This document shows positions 38,382 through 51,900 of a stretch of 64,000 bases of DNA, one piece after another (position 1 is the stretch's first letter; the number at the start of each line of letters is the position of its first letter). Source of the DNA: Balanoglossus misakiensis (lineage: Eukaryota; Animalia; Hemichordata); the NCBI GenBank assembly GCA_040954595.2, contig CM082584.2, forward strand, positions 6,527,819 to 6,591,818, in the 5' to 3' direction. A program made the position numbers and the translations under genes. Under the pieces are notes generated by a model, which worked only from the letters and a program-made list of their open reading frames with translations, did no database searches and was not told the DNA's origin.

Positions 38382-41300
38382 TAGATCATTGTAGTTATGC
38401 TGCAATATAGTGCGGTAAATTTCCGACTCTTTCGAGCACACATCGTGATGGCGAAGGGTTCAGGAAAGCTTGACTTTTACCTGAAGGTGTCAACTGATGT
38501 TGGTTCGAGACCACTTTTTTCTATTTCTTTTTTTTGTGAGAACTTTTAACGACATTATCATTGTAATTTTTACCATTTTCATAAATCCAATTCATTTCAA
38601 TATCTACGCTGCGTTTTTTATCTGTCGGGTATAAGAAACATGCAGGGAAATTTGTTCATTTTTTTTGTCGCGGTTCACTTTTTTGGGGCAAGTCTGAATA
38701 CGGAGTGCTCAGCAGAGAGAAAGATAAACTCGCTAAAACCGTGTCTTTCCGCCCGCATGACCAACCAAGGAGCGAAAAAGTCGTCATTTGGGTCGTAATA
38801 AAACGTTTTTGTCGTCGAGGAGTGAAGAAAGAACGGTCAGATCGTTGCGGTGCAGGGAACTCTTATTTGCACCGCAGCGGTGAGAACTCTTATTTGCACC
38901 GCTGCGGTGCAAATAAGAGTTCGCACCGCTGCGGTGCAAATAAGATCATTGGAGTTATGCTGCAATATAGTGCGGAAAATTTCCGACTTTTTTGAGAGCA
39001 CATCGGGATGGCGAAGTGGTCAGGAAGGCTTGACTTTTACCTGAAGGTGTCAACTGATGTTGGTTCGAGACCACTTTTTTTTCTATTTCTTTTTTTTTGT
39101 AAGAACTTTTAACGACATTATCATTGTAATTTTTACCATTTTCATAAATCCAATTCATTTCAATATCTACGCTGCGTTTTTTATCTGTCGGGTATAAGAA
39201 ACATGCAGGGAAATTTGTTCATTTTTTTTGTCGCGGTTCACTTTTTTGGGGCAAGTCTGAATACGGAGTGCTCAGCAGAGAGAAAGATAAACTCGCTAAA
39301 ACCGTGTCTTTCCGCCCGCATGACCAACCAAGGAGCGAAAAAGTCGTCATTTGGGTCGTAATAAAACGTTTTTGTCGTCGAGGAGTGAATAAAGAACGGT
39401 CAGATCGTTGCGGTGCAGGGAACTCTTATTTGCACCGCAGCGGTGAGAACTCTTATTTGCACCGCTGCGGTGCAAATAAGAGTTCGCACCGCTGCGGTGC
39501 AAATAAGATCATTGGAGTTATGCTGCAATATAGTGCGGAAAATTTCCAATTTTTTTGAGAACACATCGGGATGGCGAAGTGGTCAGGAAGGCTTGACTTT
39601 TACCTGAAGGTGTCAACTGATGTTGGTTCGAGACCACTTTTTTTTCTATTTCTTTTTTTTGTAAGAACTTTTAACGACATTATCATTGTAATTTTTACCA
39701 TTTTCATAAATCCAATTCATTTCAATATCTACGCTGCGTTTTTTATCTGTCGGGTATAAGAAACATGCAGGGAAATTTGTTCATTTTTTTTGTCGCGGTT
39801 CACTTTTTTGAGGCAAGTCTGAATACGGAGTGCTCAGCAGAGAGAAAGATAAACGCGCTAAAACCGTGTCTTTCCGCCCGCATGACCAACCAAGGAGCGA
39901 AAAAGTCGTCATTTGGGTCGTAATAAAACGTTTTTGTCGTCGAGGAGTGAATAAAGAACGGTCAGATCGTTGCGGTGCAGGGAACTCTTATTTGCACCGC
40001 AGCGGTGAGAACTCTTATTTGCACCGCTGCGGTGCAAATAAGAGTTCGCACCGCTGCGGTGCAAATAAGATCATTGGAGTTATGCTGCAATATAGTGCGG
40101 AAAATTTCCGACATTTTTGAGAACACATCGGGATGGCGAAGTGGTCAGGAAGGCTTGACTTTTACCTGAAGGTGTCAACTGATGTTGGTTCGAGACCACT
40201 TTTTTTTCTATTTCTTTTTTTTTGTAAGAACTTTTAACGACATTATCATTGTAATTTTTACCATTTTCATAAATCCAATTCATTTCAATATCTACGCTGC
40301 GTTTTTTATCTGTCGGGTATAAGAAACATGCAGGGAAATTTGTTCATTTTTTTTGTCGCGGTTCACTTTTTTGGGGCAAGTCTGAATACGGAGTGCTCAG
40401 CAGAGAGAAAGATAAACTCGCTAAAACCGTGTCTTTCCGCCCGCATGACCAACCAAGGAGCGAAAAAGTCGTCATTTGGGTCGTAATAAAACGTTTTTGT
40501 CGTCGAGGAGTGAATAAAGAACGGTCAGATCGTTGCGGTGCAGGGAACTCTTATTTGCACCGCAGCGGTGAGAACTCTTATTTGCACCGCTGCGGTGCAA
40601 ATAAGAGTTCGCACCGCTGCGGTGCAAATAAGATCATTGGAGTTATGCTGCAATATAGTGCGGAAAATTTCCGACTTTTTTGAGAGCACATCGGGATGGC
40701 GAAGTGGTCAGGAAGGCTTGACTTTTACCTGAAGGTGTCAACTGATGTTGGTTCGAGACCACTTTTTTTTCTATTTCTTTTTTTTTGTAAGAACTTTTAA
40801 CGACATTATCATTGTAATTTTTACCATTTTCATAAATCCAATTCATTTCAATATCTACGCTGCGTTTTTTATCTGTCGGGTATAAGAAACATGCAGGGAA
40901 ATTTGTTCATTTTTTTTGTCGCGGTTCACTTTTTTGGGGCAAGTCTGAATACGGAGTGCTCAGCAGAGAGAAAGATAAACTCGCTAAAACCGTGTCTTTC
41001 CGCCCGCATGACCAACCAAGGAGCGAAAAAGTCGTCATTTGGGTCGTAATAAAACGTTTTTGTCGTCGAGGAGTGAATAAAGAACGGTCAGATCGTTGCG
41101 GTGCAGGGAACTCTTATTTGCACCGCAGCGGTGAGAACTCTTATTTGCACCGCTGCGGTGCAAATAAGAGTTCGCACCGCTGCGGTGCAAATAAGATCAT
41201 TGGAGTTATGCTGCAATATAGTGCGGAAAATTTCCAATTTTTTTGAGAACACATCGGGATGGCGAAGTGATCAGGAAGGCTTGACTTTTACCTGAAGGTG

Positions 41301-42866
41301 TCAACTGATGTTGGTTCGAGACCACTTTTTTTTCTATTTCTTTTTTTTGTAAGAACTTTTAACGACATTATCATTGTAATTTTTACCATTTTCATAAATC
41401 CAATTCATTTCAATATCTACGCTGCGTTTTTTATCTGTCGGGTATAAGAAACATGCAGGGAAATTTGTTCATTTTTTTTGTCGCGGTTCACTTTTTTGAG
41501 GCAAGTCTGAATACGGAGTGCTCAGCAGAGAGAAAGATAAACTCGCTAAAACCGTGTCTTTCCGCCCGCATGACCAACCAAGGAGCGAAAAAGTCGTCAT
41601 TTGGGTCGTAATAAAACGTTTTTGTCGTCGAGGAGTGAATAAAGAACGGTCAGATCGTTGCGGTGCAGGGAACTCTTATTTGCACCGCAGCGGTGAGAAC
41701 TCTTATTTGCACCGCTGCGGTGCAAATAAGAGTTCGCACCGCTGCGGTGCAAATAAGATCATTGGAGTTATGCTGCAATATAGTGCGGAAAATTTCCGAC
41801 TTTTTTGAGAACACATCGGGATGGCGAAGTGGTCAGGAAGGCTTGACTTTTACCTGAAGGTGTCAACTGATGTTGGTTCGAGACCACTTTTTTTTCTATT
41901 TCTTTTTTTTTGTAAGAACTTTTAACGACATTATCATTGTAATTTTTACCATTTTCATAAATCCAATTCATTTCAATATCTACGCTGCGTTTTTTATCTG
42001 TCGGGTATAAGAAACATGCAGGGAAATTTGTTCATTTTTTTTGTCGCGGTTCACTTTTTTGGGGCAAGTCTGAATACGGAGTGCTCAGCAGAGAGACAGA
42101 TAAACTCGCTAAAACCGTGTCTTTCCGCCCGCATGACCAACCAAGGAGCGAAAAAGTCGTCATTTGGGTCGTAATAAAACGTTTTTGTCGTCGAGGAGTG
42201 AATAAAGAACGGTCAGATCGTTGCGGTGCAGGGAACTCTTATTTGCACCGCAGCGGTGAGAACTCTTATTTGCACCGCTGCGGTGCAAATAAGAGTTCGC
42301 ACCGCTGCGGTGCAAATAAGATCATTGGAGTTATGCTGCAATATAGTGCGGAAAATTTCCAAATTTTTTGAGTACCGCTGCGGTGCAAATAAGAGTTCGC
42401 ACCGCTGCGGTGCAAATAAGATCATTGGAGTTATGCTGCAATATAGTGCGGAAAATTTCCAAATTTTTTGAGTACACATCGGGATGGCGAAGGGGTCAGG
42501 AAGGCTTGACTTTTACCTGAAGGTGTCAACTGATGTTGGTTCGAGACCACTTTTTTCTATTTCTTTTTTTTGTGAGAACTTTTAACGACATTATCATTGT
42601 AATTTTTACCATTTTCATAAATCCAATTCATTTCAATATCTACGCTGCGTTTTTTATCTGTCGGGTATAAGAAACATGCAGGGAAATTTGTTCATTTTTT
42701 TTTGTCGCGGTTCACTTTTTTGGGGCAAGTCTGAATACGGAGTGCTCAGCAGAGAGAAAGATAAACTCGCTAAAACCGTGTCTTTCCGCCCGCATGACCA
42801 ACCAAGGAGCGAAAATGTCGTTATTTAGGCCGTAATAAAACGTTTTTGTCGCCGAGGAGTGAAGAA
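38382..42866. repeat. Tandem array of a 562/563-bp unit (~8 copies)
   Basis: Marker gtgctcagcagagag at 38705, 39268, 39830, 40393, 40956, 41518, 42081 and 42742; near-identical units. Confidence 0.97.
39001..39082 (+). ncRNA. tRNA-like Pol III (type 2 promoter) cassette, representative copy; others start at 38441, 39564, 40126, 40689, 41252, 41814 and 42477
   Basis: A box TGGCGAAGTGG (39009-39019), B box GGTTCGAGACC (39062-39072), T8 run at 39075-39082. Spacing resembles long-variable-arm tRNAs, but the cloverleaf is incomplete, so this is not called a tRNA. Confidence 0.55.
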
Positions 42867-42934
42867 AATTGTCAAAAAATGAGAAATTTCCGAACTTGAG
42901 AACTTTGGTGAATATGTCAATTTCGGTCATTTTT

Positions 42935-45900
42935 CATGTGTTATAGCTCATGAAAATCATCCGAAAATGACAATTTTTCGACTTTGCGAGATATCAAATT
43001 TTCTTCGATTTTTGATAAAAACCATGGGTTATAGCTCATGAAAATCATCCGAAAATGACTATTTTTCGACTTTGCGAGATATCACAATTTCTTCGATTTT
43101 TGATAAAAACCATGGGTTATAGCTCATGAAAATCATCCGAAAATCACAATTTTTCGACTTTGCGAGATATCAAAATTTCTTCGATTTTTGATAAAAACCA
43201 TGGGTTATAGCTCATGAAAATCATCCGAAAATGACAATTTTTCGACTTTGCGGGAAATCAAAATTTCTTCGATTTTTGATAAAAACCATGGGTTATAGCT
43301 CATGAAAATCATCCGAAAATGACAATTTTTCGACTTTGCGAGATATCAAAATTTCTTCGATTTTTGATAAAAACCATGGGTTATAGCTCATGAAAATCAT
43401 CCGAAAATGACAATTTTTCGACTTTGCGAGATATCAAAATTTCTTCGATTTTTGATAAAAACCATGGGTTATAGCTCATGAAAATCATCCGAAAATGACA
43501 ATTTTTCGACTTTGCGAGATATCAAATGTTCTTCGTTTTTGATAAAAAACATGGGTTATAGCTCATGAAAATCATCCGAAAATGACAATTTTTCGACTTT
43601 GCGAGATATCAAAATTTCTTCGATTTTTGATAAAAACCATGGGTTATAGCTCATGAAAATCATCCGAAAATGACAATTTTTCGACTTTGCGAGAAATCAA
43701 AATTTCTTCGATTTTTGATAAAAACCATGGGTTATAGCTCATGAAAATCATCCGAAAATGACAATTTTTCGACTTTGCGAGATATCAAAATTTCTTCGAT
43801 TTTTGATAAAAACCATGGGTTATAGCTCATGAAAATCATCCGAAAATGACAATTTTTCGACTTTGCGAGATATCAAAATTTCTTCGATTTTTGATAAAAA
43901 CCAAGGGTTATAGCTCATGAAAATCATCCGAAAATGACAATTTTTCGACTTTGCGAGATATCAAATTTTCTTCGATTTTTGATAAAAACCATGGGTTATA
44001 GCTCATGAAAATCATCCGAAAATGACAATTTTTCGACTTTGCGAGATATCAAAATTTCTTCGATTTTTGATAAAAACCATGGGTTATAGCTCATGAAAAT
44101 CATCCGAAAATGACAATTTTTCGACTTTGCGAGATATCAAATTTTCTTCGATTTTTGATAAAAACCATGGGTTATAGCTCATGAAAATCATCCGAAAATG
44201 ACAATTTTTCGACTTTGCGAGATATCAAAATTTCTTCGATTTTTGATAAAAACCATGGGTTATAGCTCATGAAAATCATCCGAAAATGACAATTTTTCGA
44301 CTTTGCGAGATATCAAAATTTCTTCGATTTTTGATAAAAACCATGGGTTATAGCTCATGAAAATCATCCGAAAATGACAATTTTTCGACTTTGCGAGATA
44401 TCAAAATTTCTTCGATTTTTGATAAAAACCATGGGTTATAGCTCATGAAAATCATCCGAAAATGACAATTTTTCGACTTTGCAAGATATCAAAATTTCTT
44501 CGATTTTTGATAAAAACCATGGGTTATAGCTCATGAAAATCATCCGAAAATGACAATTTTTCGACTTTGCGAGATATCAAATTTTCTTCGATTTTTGATA
44601 AAAACCATGGGTTATAGCTCATGAAAATCATCCGAAAATGACAATTTTTCGACTTTGCGAGATATCAAAATTTCTTCGATTTTTGATAAAAACCATGGGT
44701 TATAGCTCATGAAAATCATCCGAAAATGACAATTTTTCGACTTTGCGAGATATCAAAATTTCTTCGATTTTTGATAAAAACCATGGGTTATAGCTCATGA
44801 AAATCATCCGAAAATGACAATTTTTCGACTTTGCGAGATATCAAAATTTCTTCGATTTTTGATAAAAACCAAGGGTTATAGCTCATGAAAATCATCCGAA
44901 AATGACAATTTTTCGACTTTGCGAGATATCAAAATTTCTTCGATTTTTGATAAAAACCATGGGTTATAGCTCATGAAAATCATCCGAAAATGACAATTTT
45001 TCGACTTTGCGAGATATCAAAATTTCTTCGATTTTTGATAAAAACCATGGGTTATAGCTCATGAAAATCATCCGAAAATGACAATTTTTCGACTTTGCGA
45101 GATATCAAAATTTCTTCGATTTTTGATAAAAACCATGGGTTATAGCTCATGAAAATCATCCGAAAATGACAATTTTTCGACTTTGCGAGATATCAAATTT
45201 TCTTCGATTTTTGATGAAAACCATGGGTTATAGCTCATGAAAATCATCCGAAAATGACAATTTTTCGACTTTGCGAGATATCAAAATTTCTTCGATTTTT
45301 GATAAAAACCATGGGTTATAGCTCATGAAAATCATCCGAAAATGACAATTTTTCGACTTTGCGAGATATCAAAATTTCTTCGATTTTTGATAAAAACCAT
45401 GGGTTATAGCTCATGAAAATCATCCGAAAATGACAATTTTTCGACTTTGCGAGATATCAAATTTTCTTCGATTTTTGATAAAAACCATGGGTTATAGCTC
45501 ATGAAAATCATCCGAAAATGACAATTTTTCGACTTTGCGAGATATCAAAATTTCTTCGATTTTTGATAAAAACCATGGGTTATAGCTCATGAAAATCATC
45601 CGAAAATGACAATTTTTCGACTTTGCGAGATATCAAAATTTCTTCGATTTTTGATGAAAACCATGGGTTATAGCTCATGAAAATCATCCGAAAATGACAA
45701 TTTTTCGACTTTGCGAGATATCAAAATTTCTTCGATTTTTGATAAAAACCAAGGGTTATAGCTCATGAAAATCATCCGAAAATGACAATTTTTCGACTTT
45801 GCGAGATATCAAATTTTCTTCGATTTTTGATAAAAACCATGGGTTATAGCTCATGAAAATCATCCGAAAATGACAATTTTTCGACTTTGCGAGATATCAA

Positions 45901-48900
45901 AATTTCTTCGATTTTTGATAAAAACCATGGGTTATAGCTCATGAAAATCATCCGAAAATGACAATTTTTCGACTTTGCGAGATATCAAAATTTCTTCGAT
46001 TTTTGATAAAAACCATGGGTTATAGCTCATGAAAATCATCCGAAAATGACAATTTTTCGACTTTGCGAGATATCAAATTTTCTTCGATTTTTGATAAAAA
46101 CCATGGGTTATAGCTCATGAAAATCATCCGAAAATGACAATTTTTCGACTTTGCGAGATATCAAAATTTCTTCGATTTTTGATAAAAACCATGGGTTATA
46201 GCTCATGAAAATCATCCGAAAATGACAATTTTTCGACTTTGCGAGATATCAAAATTTCTTCGATTTTTGATAAAAACCATGGGTTATAGCTCATGAAAAT
46301 CATCCGAAAATGACAATTTTTCGACTTTGCGAGATATCAAAATTTCTTCGATTTTTGATAAAAACCATGGGTTATAGCTCATGAAAATCATCCGAAAATG
46401 ACAATTTTTCGACTTTGCGAGATATCAAAATTTCTTCGATTTTTGATAAAAACCATGGGTTATAGCTCATGAAAATCATCCGAAAATGACAATTTTTTGA
46501 CTTTGCGAGATATCAAAATTTCTTCGATTTTTGATAAAAACCATGGGTTATAGCTCATGAAAATCATCCGAAAATGACAATTTTTCGACTTTGCGAAATT
46601 TCAAAATTTCTTCGATTTTTGATAAAAACCATGGGTTATAGCTCATGAAAATCATCCGAAAATGACAATTTTTCGACTTTGCGAGATATCAAAATTTCTT
46701 CGATTTTTGATAAAAACCATGGGTTATAGCTCATGAAAATCATCCGAAAATGACAATTTTTCGACTTTGCGAAATTTCAAAATTTCTTCGATTTTTGATA
46801 AAAACCATGGGTTATAGCTCATGAAAATCATCCGAAAATGACAATTTTTCGACTTTGCGAGATATCAAAATTTCTTCGATTTTTGATAAAAACCATGGGT
46901 TATAGCTCATGAAAATCATCCGAAAATGACAATTTTTCGACTTTGCGAAATTTCAAAATTTCTTCGATTTTTGATAAAAACCATGGGTTATAGCTCATGA
47001 AAATCATCCGAAAATGACAATTTTTCGACTTTGCGAGATATCAAAATTTCTTCGATTTTTGATAAAAACCATGGGTTATAGCTCATGAAAATCATCCGAA
47101 AATGACAATTTTTCGACTTTGCGAGATATCGAAATTTCTTCGATTTTTGATAAAAACCATGGGTTATAGCTCATGAAAATCATCCGAAAATGACAATTTT
47201 TCGACTTTGCGAAATTTCAAAATTTCTTCGATTTTTGATAAAAACCATGGGTTATAGCTCATGAAAATCATCCGAAAATGACAATTTTTCGACTTTGCGA
47301 GATATCAAAATTTCTTCGATTTTTGATAAAAACCATGGGTTATAGCTCATGAAAATCATCCGAAAATGACAATTTTTCGACTTTGCGAAATTTCAAAATT
47401 TCTTCGATTTTTGATAAAAACCATGGGTTATAGCTCATGAAAATCATCCGAAAATGACAATTTTTCGACTTTGCGGGATATCAAAATTTCTTCGATTTTT
47501 GATAAAAACCATGGGTTATAGCTCATGAAAATCATCCGAAAATGACAATTTTTCGACTTTGCGAGATATCAAAATTTATTCGATTTTTGATAAAAACCAT
47601 GGGTTATAGCTCATGAAAATCATCCGAAAATGACAATTTTTCGACTTTGCGAGATATCAAAATTTCTTCGATTTTTGATAAAAACCATGGGTTATAGCTC
47701 ATGAAAATCATCCGAAAATGACAATTTTTCGACTTTGCGAGATATGAAAATTTCTTCGATTTTTGATAAAAACCATGGGTTATAGCTCATGAAAATCATC
47801 CGAAAATGACAATTTTTCGACTTTGCGAGATATCAAAATTTCTTCGATTTTTGATAAAAACCATGGGTTTTAGCTCATGAAAATCATCCGAAAATGACAA
47901 TTTTTCGACTTTGCGAGATATCAAAATTTCTTCGATTTTTGATAAAAACCATGGGTTATAGCTCATGAAAATCATCCGAAAATGACAATTTTTCGACTTT
48001 GCGAGATATCAAAATTTCTTCTATTTTTGATAAAAACCATGGGTTATAGCTCATGAAAATCATCCGAAAATGACAATTTTTCGACTTTGCGAGATATCAA
48101 AATTTCTTCGATTTTTGATAAAAACCATGGGTTATAGCTCACGAAAATCATCCGAAAATGACAATTTTTCGACTTTGCGAGATATCAAAATTTCTTCGAT
48201 TTTTGATAAAAACCATGGGTTATAGCTCACGAAAATCATCCGAAAATGACAATTTTTCGACTTTGCGAGATATCAAATTTTCTTCGATTTTTGATAAAAA
48301 ACATGGGTTATAGCTCACGAAAATCATCCGAAAATGACAATTTTTCGACTTTGCGAGATATCAAAATTTCTTCGATTTTTGATAAAAAGCATGGGTTATA
48401 GCTCACGAAAATCATCCGAAAATGACAATTTTTCGACTTTGCGAGATATCAAAATTTCTTCGATTTTTGATAAAAACCATGGGTTATAGCTCACGAAAAT
48501 CATCCGAAAATGACAATTTTTCGACTTTGCGAGATATCAAAATTTCTTCGATTTTTGATAAAAACCATGGGTTATAGCTCACGAAAATCATCCGAAAATG
48601 ACAATTTTTCGACTTTGCGAGATATCAAAATTTCTTCGATTTTTGATAAAAAACATGGGTTATAGCTCACGAAAATCATCCGAAAATGACAATTTTTCGA
48701 CTTTGCGAGAAATCAAAATTTCTTCGATTTTTGGTAAAAACCATGGGTTATAGCTCATGAAAATCATCCGAAAATGACAATTTTTCGACTTTGCGGGATA
48801 TCAAAATTTCTTCGATTTTTGATAAAAACCATGGGTTATAGCTCATGAAAATCATCCCAAAATGACAATTTTTCGACTTTGCGAGATATCAAAATTTCTT

Positions 48901-51900
48901 CGATTTTTGATAAAAACCATGGGTTATAGCTCATGAAAATCATCCGAAAATGACAATTTTTCGACTTTGCGAGATATCAAAATTTCTTCGATTTTTGATA
49001 AAAACCATGGGTTATAGCTCATGAAAATCATCCGAAAATGACAATTTTTCGACTTTGCGAGATATCAAAATTTCTTCGATTTTTGATAAAAACCATGGGT
49101 TATAGCTCATGAAAATCATCCGAAAATGAGAATTTTTCGACTTTGCGCGAAATCAAAATTTCTTCGATTTTTGATAAAAACCATGGGTTATAGCTCATGA
49201 AAATCATCCGAAAATGAGAATTTTTTCGACTTTGCGCGAAATCAAAATTTCTTCGATTTTTGATAAAAACCATGGGTTATAGCTCATGAAAATCATCCCA
49301 AAATGACAATTTTTCGACTTTGCGGGATATCAAAATTTCTTCGATTTTTGATAAAAACCATGGGTTATAGCTCATGAAAATCATCCCAAAATGACAATTT
49401 TTCGACTTTGCGAGATATCAAAATTTCTTCGAATTTTGATAAAAACCATGGGTTATAGCTCATGAAAATCATCCGAAAATGACAATTTTTCGACTTTGCG
49501 AGATATCAAAATTTCTTCGATTTTTGATAAAAACCATGGGTTATAGCTCATGAAAATCATCCGAAAATGACAATTTTTCGACTTTGCGAGATATCAAAAT
49601 TTCTTCGATTTTTGATAAAAACCATGGGTTATAGCTCATGAAAATCATCCGAAAATGACAATTTTTCGACTTTGCGAGATATCAAAATTTCTTCGATTTT
49701 TGATAAAAACCAAGGGTTATAGCTCATGAAAATCATCCGAAAATGACAATTTTTCGACTTTGCGAGATATCAAATTTTCTTCGATTTTTGATAAAAACCA
49801 TGGGTTATAGCTCATGAAAATCATCCGAAAATGACAATTTTTCGACTTTGCGAGATATCAAAATTTCTTCGATTTTTGATAAAAACCATGGGTTATAGCT
49901 CATGAAAATCATCCGAAAATGACAATTTTTCGACTTTGCGAGATATCAAAATTTCTTCGATTTTTGATAAAAACCATGGGTTATAGCTCATGAAAATCAT
50001 CCGAAAATGACAATTTTTCGACTTTGCGAGATATCAAATTTTCTTCGATTTTTGATGAAAACCATGGGTTATAGCTCATGAAAATCATCCGAAAATGACA
50101 ATTTTTCGACTTTGCGAGATATCAAAATTTCTTCGATTTTTGATAAAAACCATGGGTTATAGCTCATGAAAATCATCCCGAAAATGACAATTTTTCGACT
50201 TTGCGAGATATCAAAATTTCTTCGATTTTTGATAAAAACCATGGGTTATAGCTCATGAAAATCATCCGAAAATGACAATTTTTCGACTTTGCGAGATATC
50301 AAATTTTCTTCGATTTTTGATAAAAACCATGGGTTATAGCTCATGAAAATCATCCGAAAATGACAATTTTTCGACTTTGCGAGATATCAAAATTTCTTCG
50401 ATTTTTGATAAAAACCATGGGTTATAGCTCATGAAAATCATCCGAAAATGACAATTTTTCGACTTTGCGAGATATCAAAAATTTCTTCGATTTTTGATGA
50501 AAACCATGGGTTATAGCTCATGAAAATCATCCGAAAATGACAATTTTTCGACTTTGCGAGATATCAAAATTTCTTCGATTTTTGATAAAAACCAAGGGTT
50601 ATAGCTCATGAAAATCATCCGAAAATGACAATTTTTCGACTTTGCGAGATATCAAATTTCTTCGATTTTTGATAAAAACCATGGGTTATAGCTCATGAAA
50701 ATCATCCGAAAATGACAATTTTTCGACTTTGCGAGATATCAAAATTTCTTTCGATTTTTGATAAAAACCATGGGTTATAGCTCATGAAAATCATCCGAAA
50801 ATGACAATTTTTCGACTTTGCGAGATATCAAAATTTCTTCGATTTTTGATAAAAACCATGGGTTATAGCTCATGAAAATCATCCGAAAATGACAATTTTT
50901 CGACTTTGCGAGATATCAAAATTTCTTCGATTTTTGATAAAAACCATGGGTTATAGCTCATGAAAATCATCCGAAAATGACAATTTTTCGACTTTGCGAG
51001 ATATCAAAATTTCTTCGATTTTTGATAAAAACCATGGGTTATAGCTCATGAAAATCATCCGAAAATGACAATTTTTCGACTTTGCGAGATATCAAAATTT
51101 CTTCGATTTTTGATAAAAACCATGGGTTATAGCTCATGAAAATCATCCGAAAATGACAATTTTTCGACTTTGCGAGATATCAAAATTTCTTCGATTTTTG
51201 ATAAAAACCATGGGTTATAGCTCATGAAAATCATCCGAAAATGACAATTTTTCGACTTTGCGAGATATCAAAATTTCTTCGATTTTTGATAAAAACCATG
51301 GGTTATAGCTCATGAAAATTCATCCGAAAATGACAATTTTTTGACTTTGCGAGATATCAAAATTTCTTCGATTTTTGATAAAAACCATGGGTTATAGCTC
51401 ATGAAAATCATCCGAAAATGACAATTTTTCGACTTTGCGAGATATCAAAATTTCTTCGATTTTTGATAAAAACCATGGGTTATAGCTCATGAAAATCATC
51501 CGAAAATGACAATTTTTCGACTTTGCGAAATTTCAAAATTTCTTCGATTTTTGATAAAAACCATGGGTTATAGCTCATGAAAATCATCCGAAAATGACAA
51601 TTTTCGACTTTGCGAGATATCAAAATTTCTTCGATTTTTGATAAAAACCATGGGTTATAGCTCATGAAAATCATCCGAAAATGACAATTTTTCGACTTTG
51701 CGAAATTTCAAAATTTCTTCGATTTTTGATAAAAACCATGGGTTATAGCTCATGAAAATCATCCGAAAATGACAATTTTTCGACTTTGCGAGATATCAAA
51801 ATTTCTTCGATTTTTGATAAAAAACCATGGGTTATAGCTCATGAAAATCATCCGAAAATGACAATTTTTCGACTTTGCGAAATTTCAAAATTTCTTCGAT

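Noticed and set aside
39001-39082. Functional tRNA, vault RNA or hammerhead ribozyme
   Set aside because: The cloverleaf lacks a proper 3' acceptor strand and anticodon stem; there is no vault-type terminal stem after the B box; CTGATGT is not CUGAUGA and no GAAA follows the hairpin.
38705-42479. Repeated 96-, 64- and 67-aa ORFs in the 563-bp unit
   Set aside because: Mostly non-ATG starts, no domain similarity, and the repeated HRCGA peptides simply reflect the DNA palindrome.
43242-43256. CENP-B box-like TTCGACTTTGCGGGA in variant monomers
   Set aside because: The spacer is 6 nt rather than 7 and lacks the required A; not a match to TTCG-N4-A-N2-CGGG.
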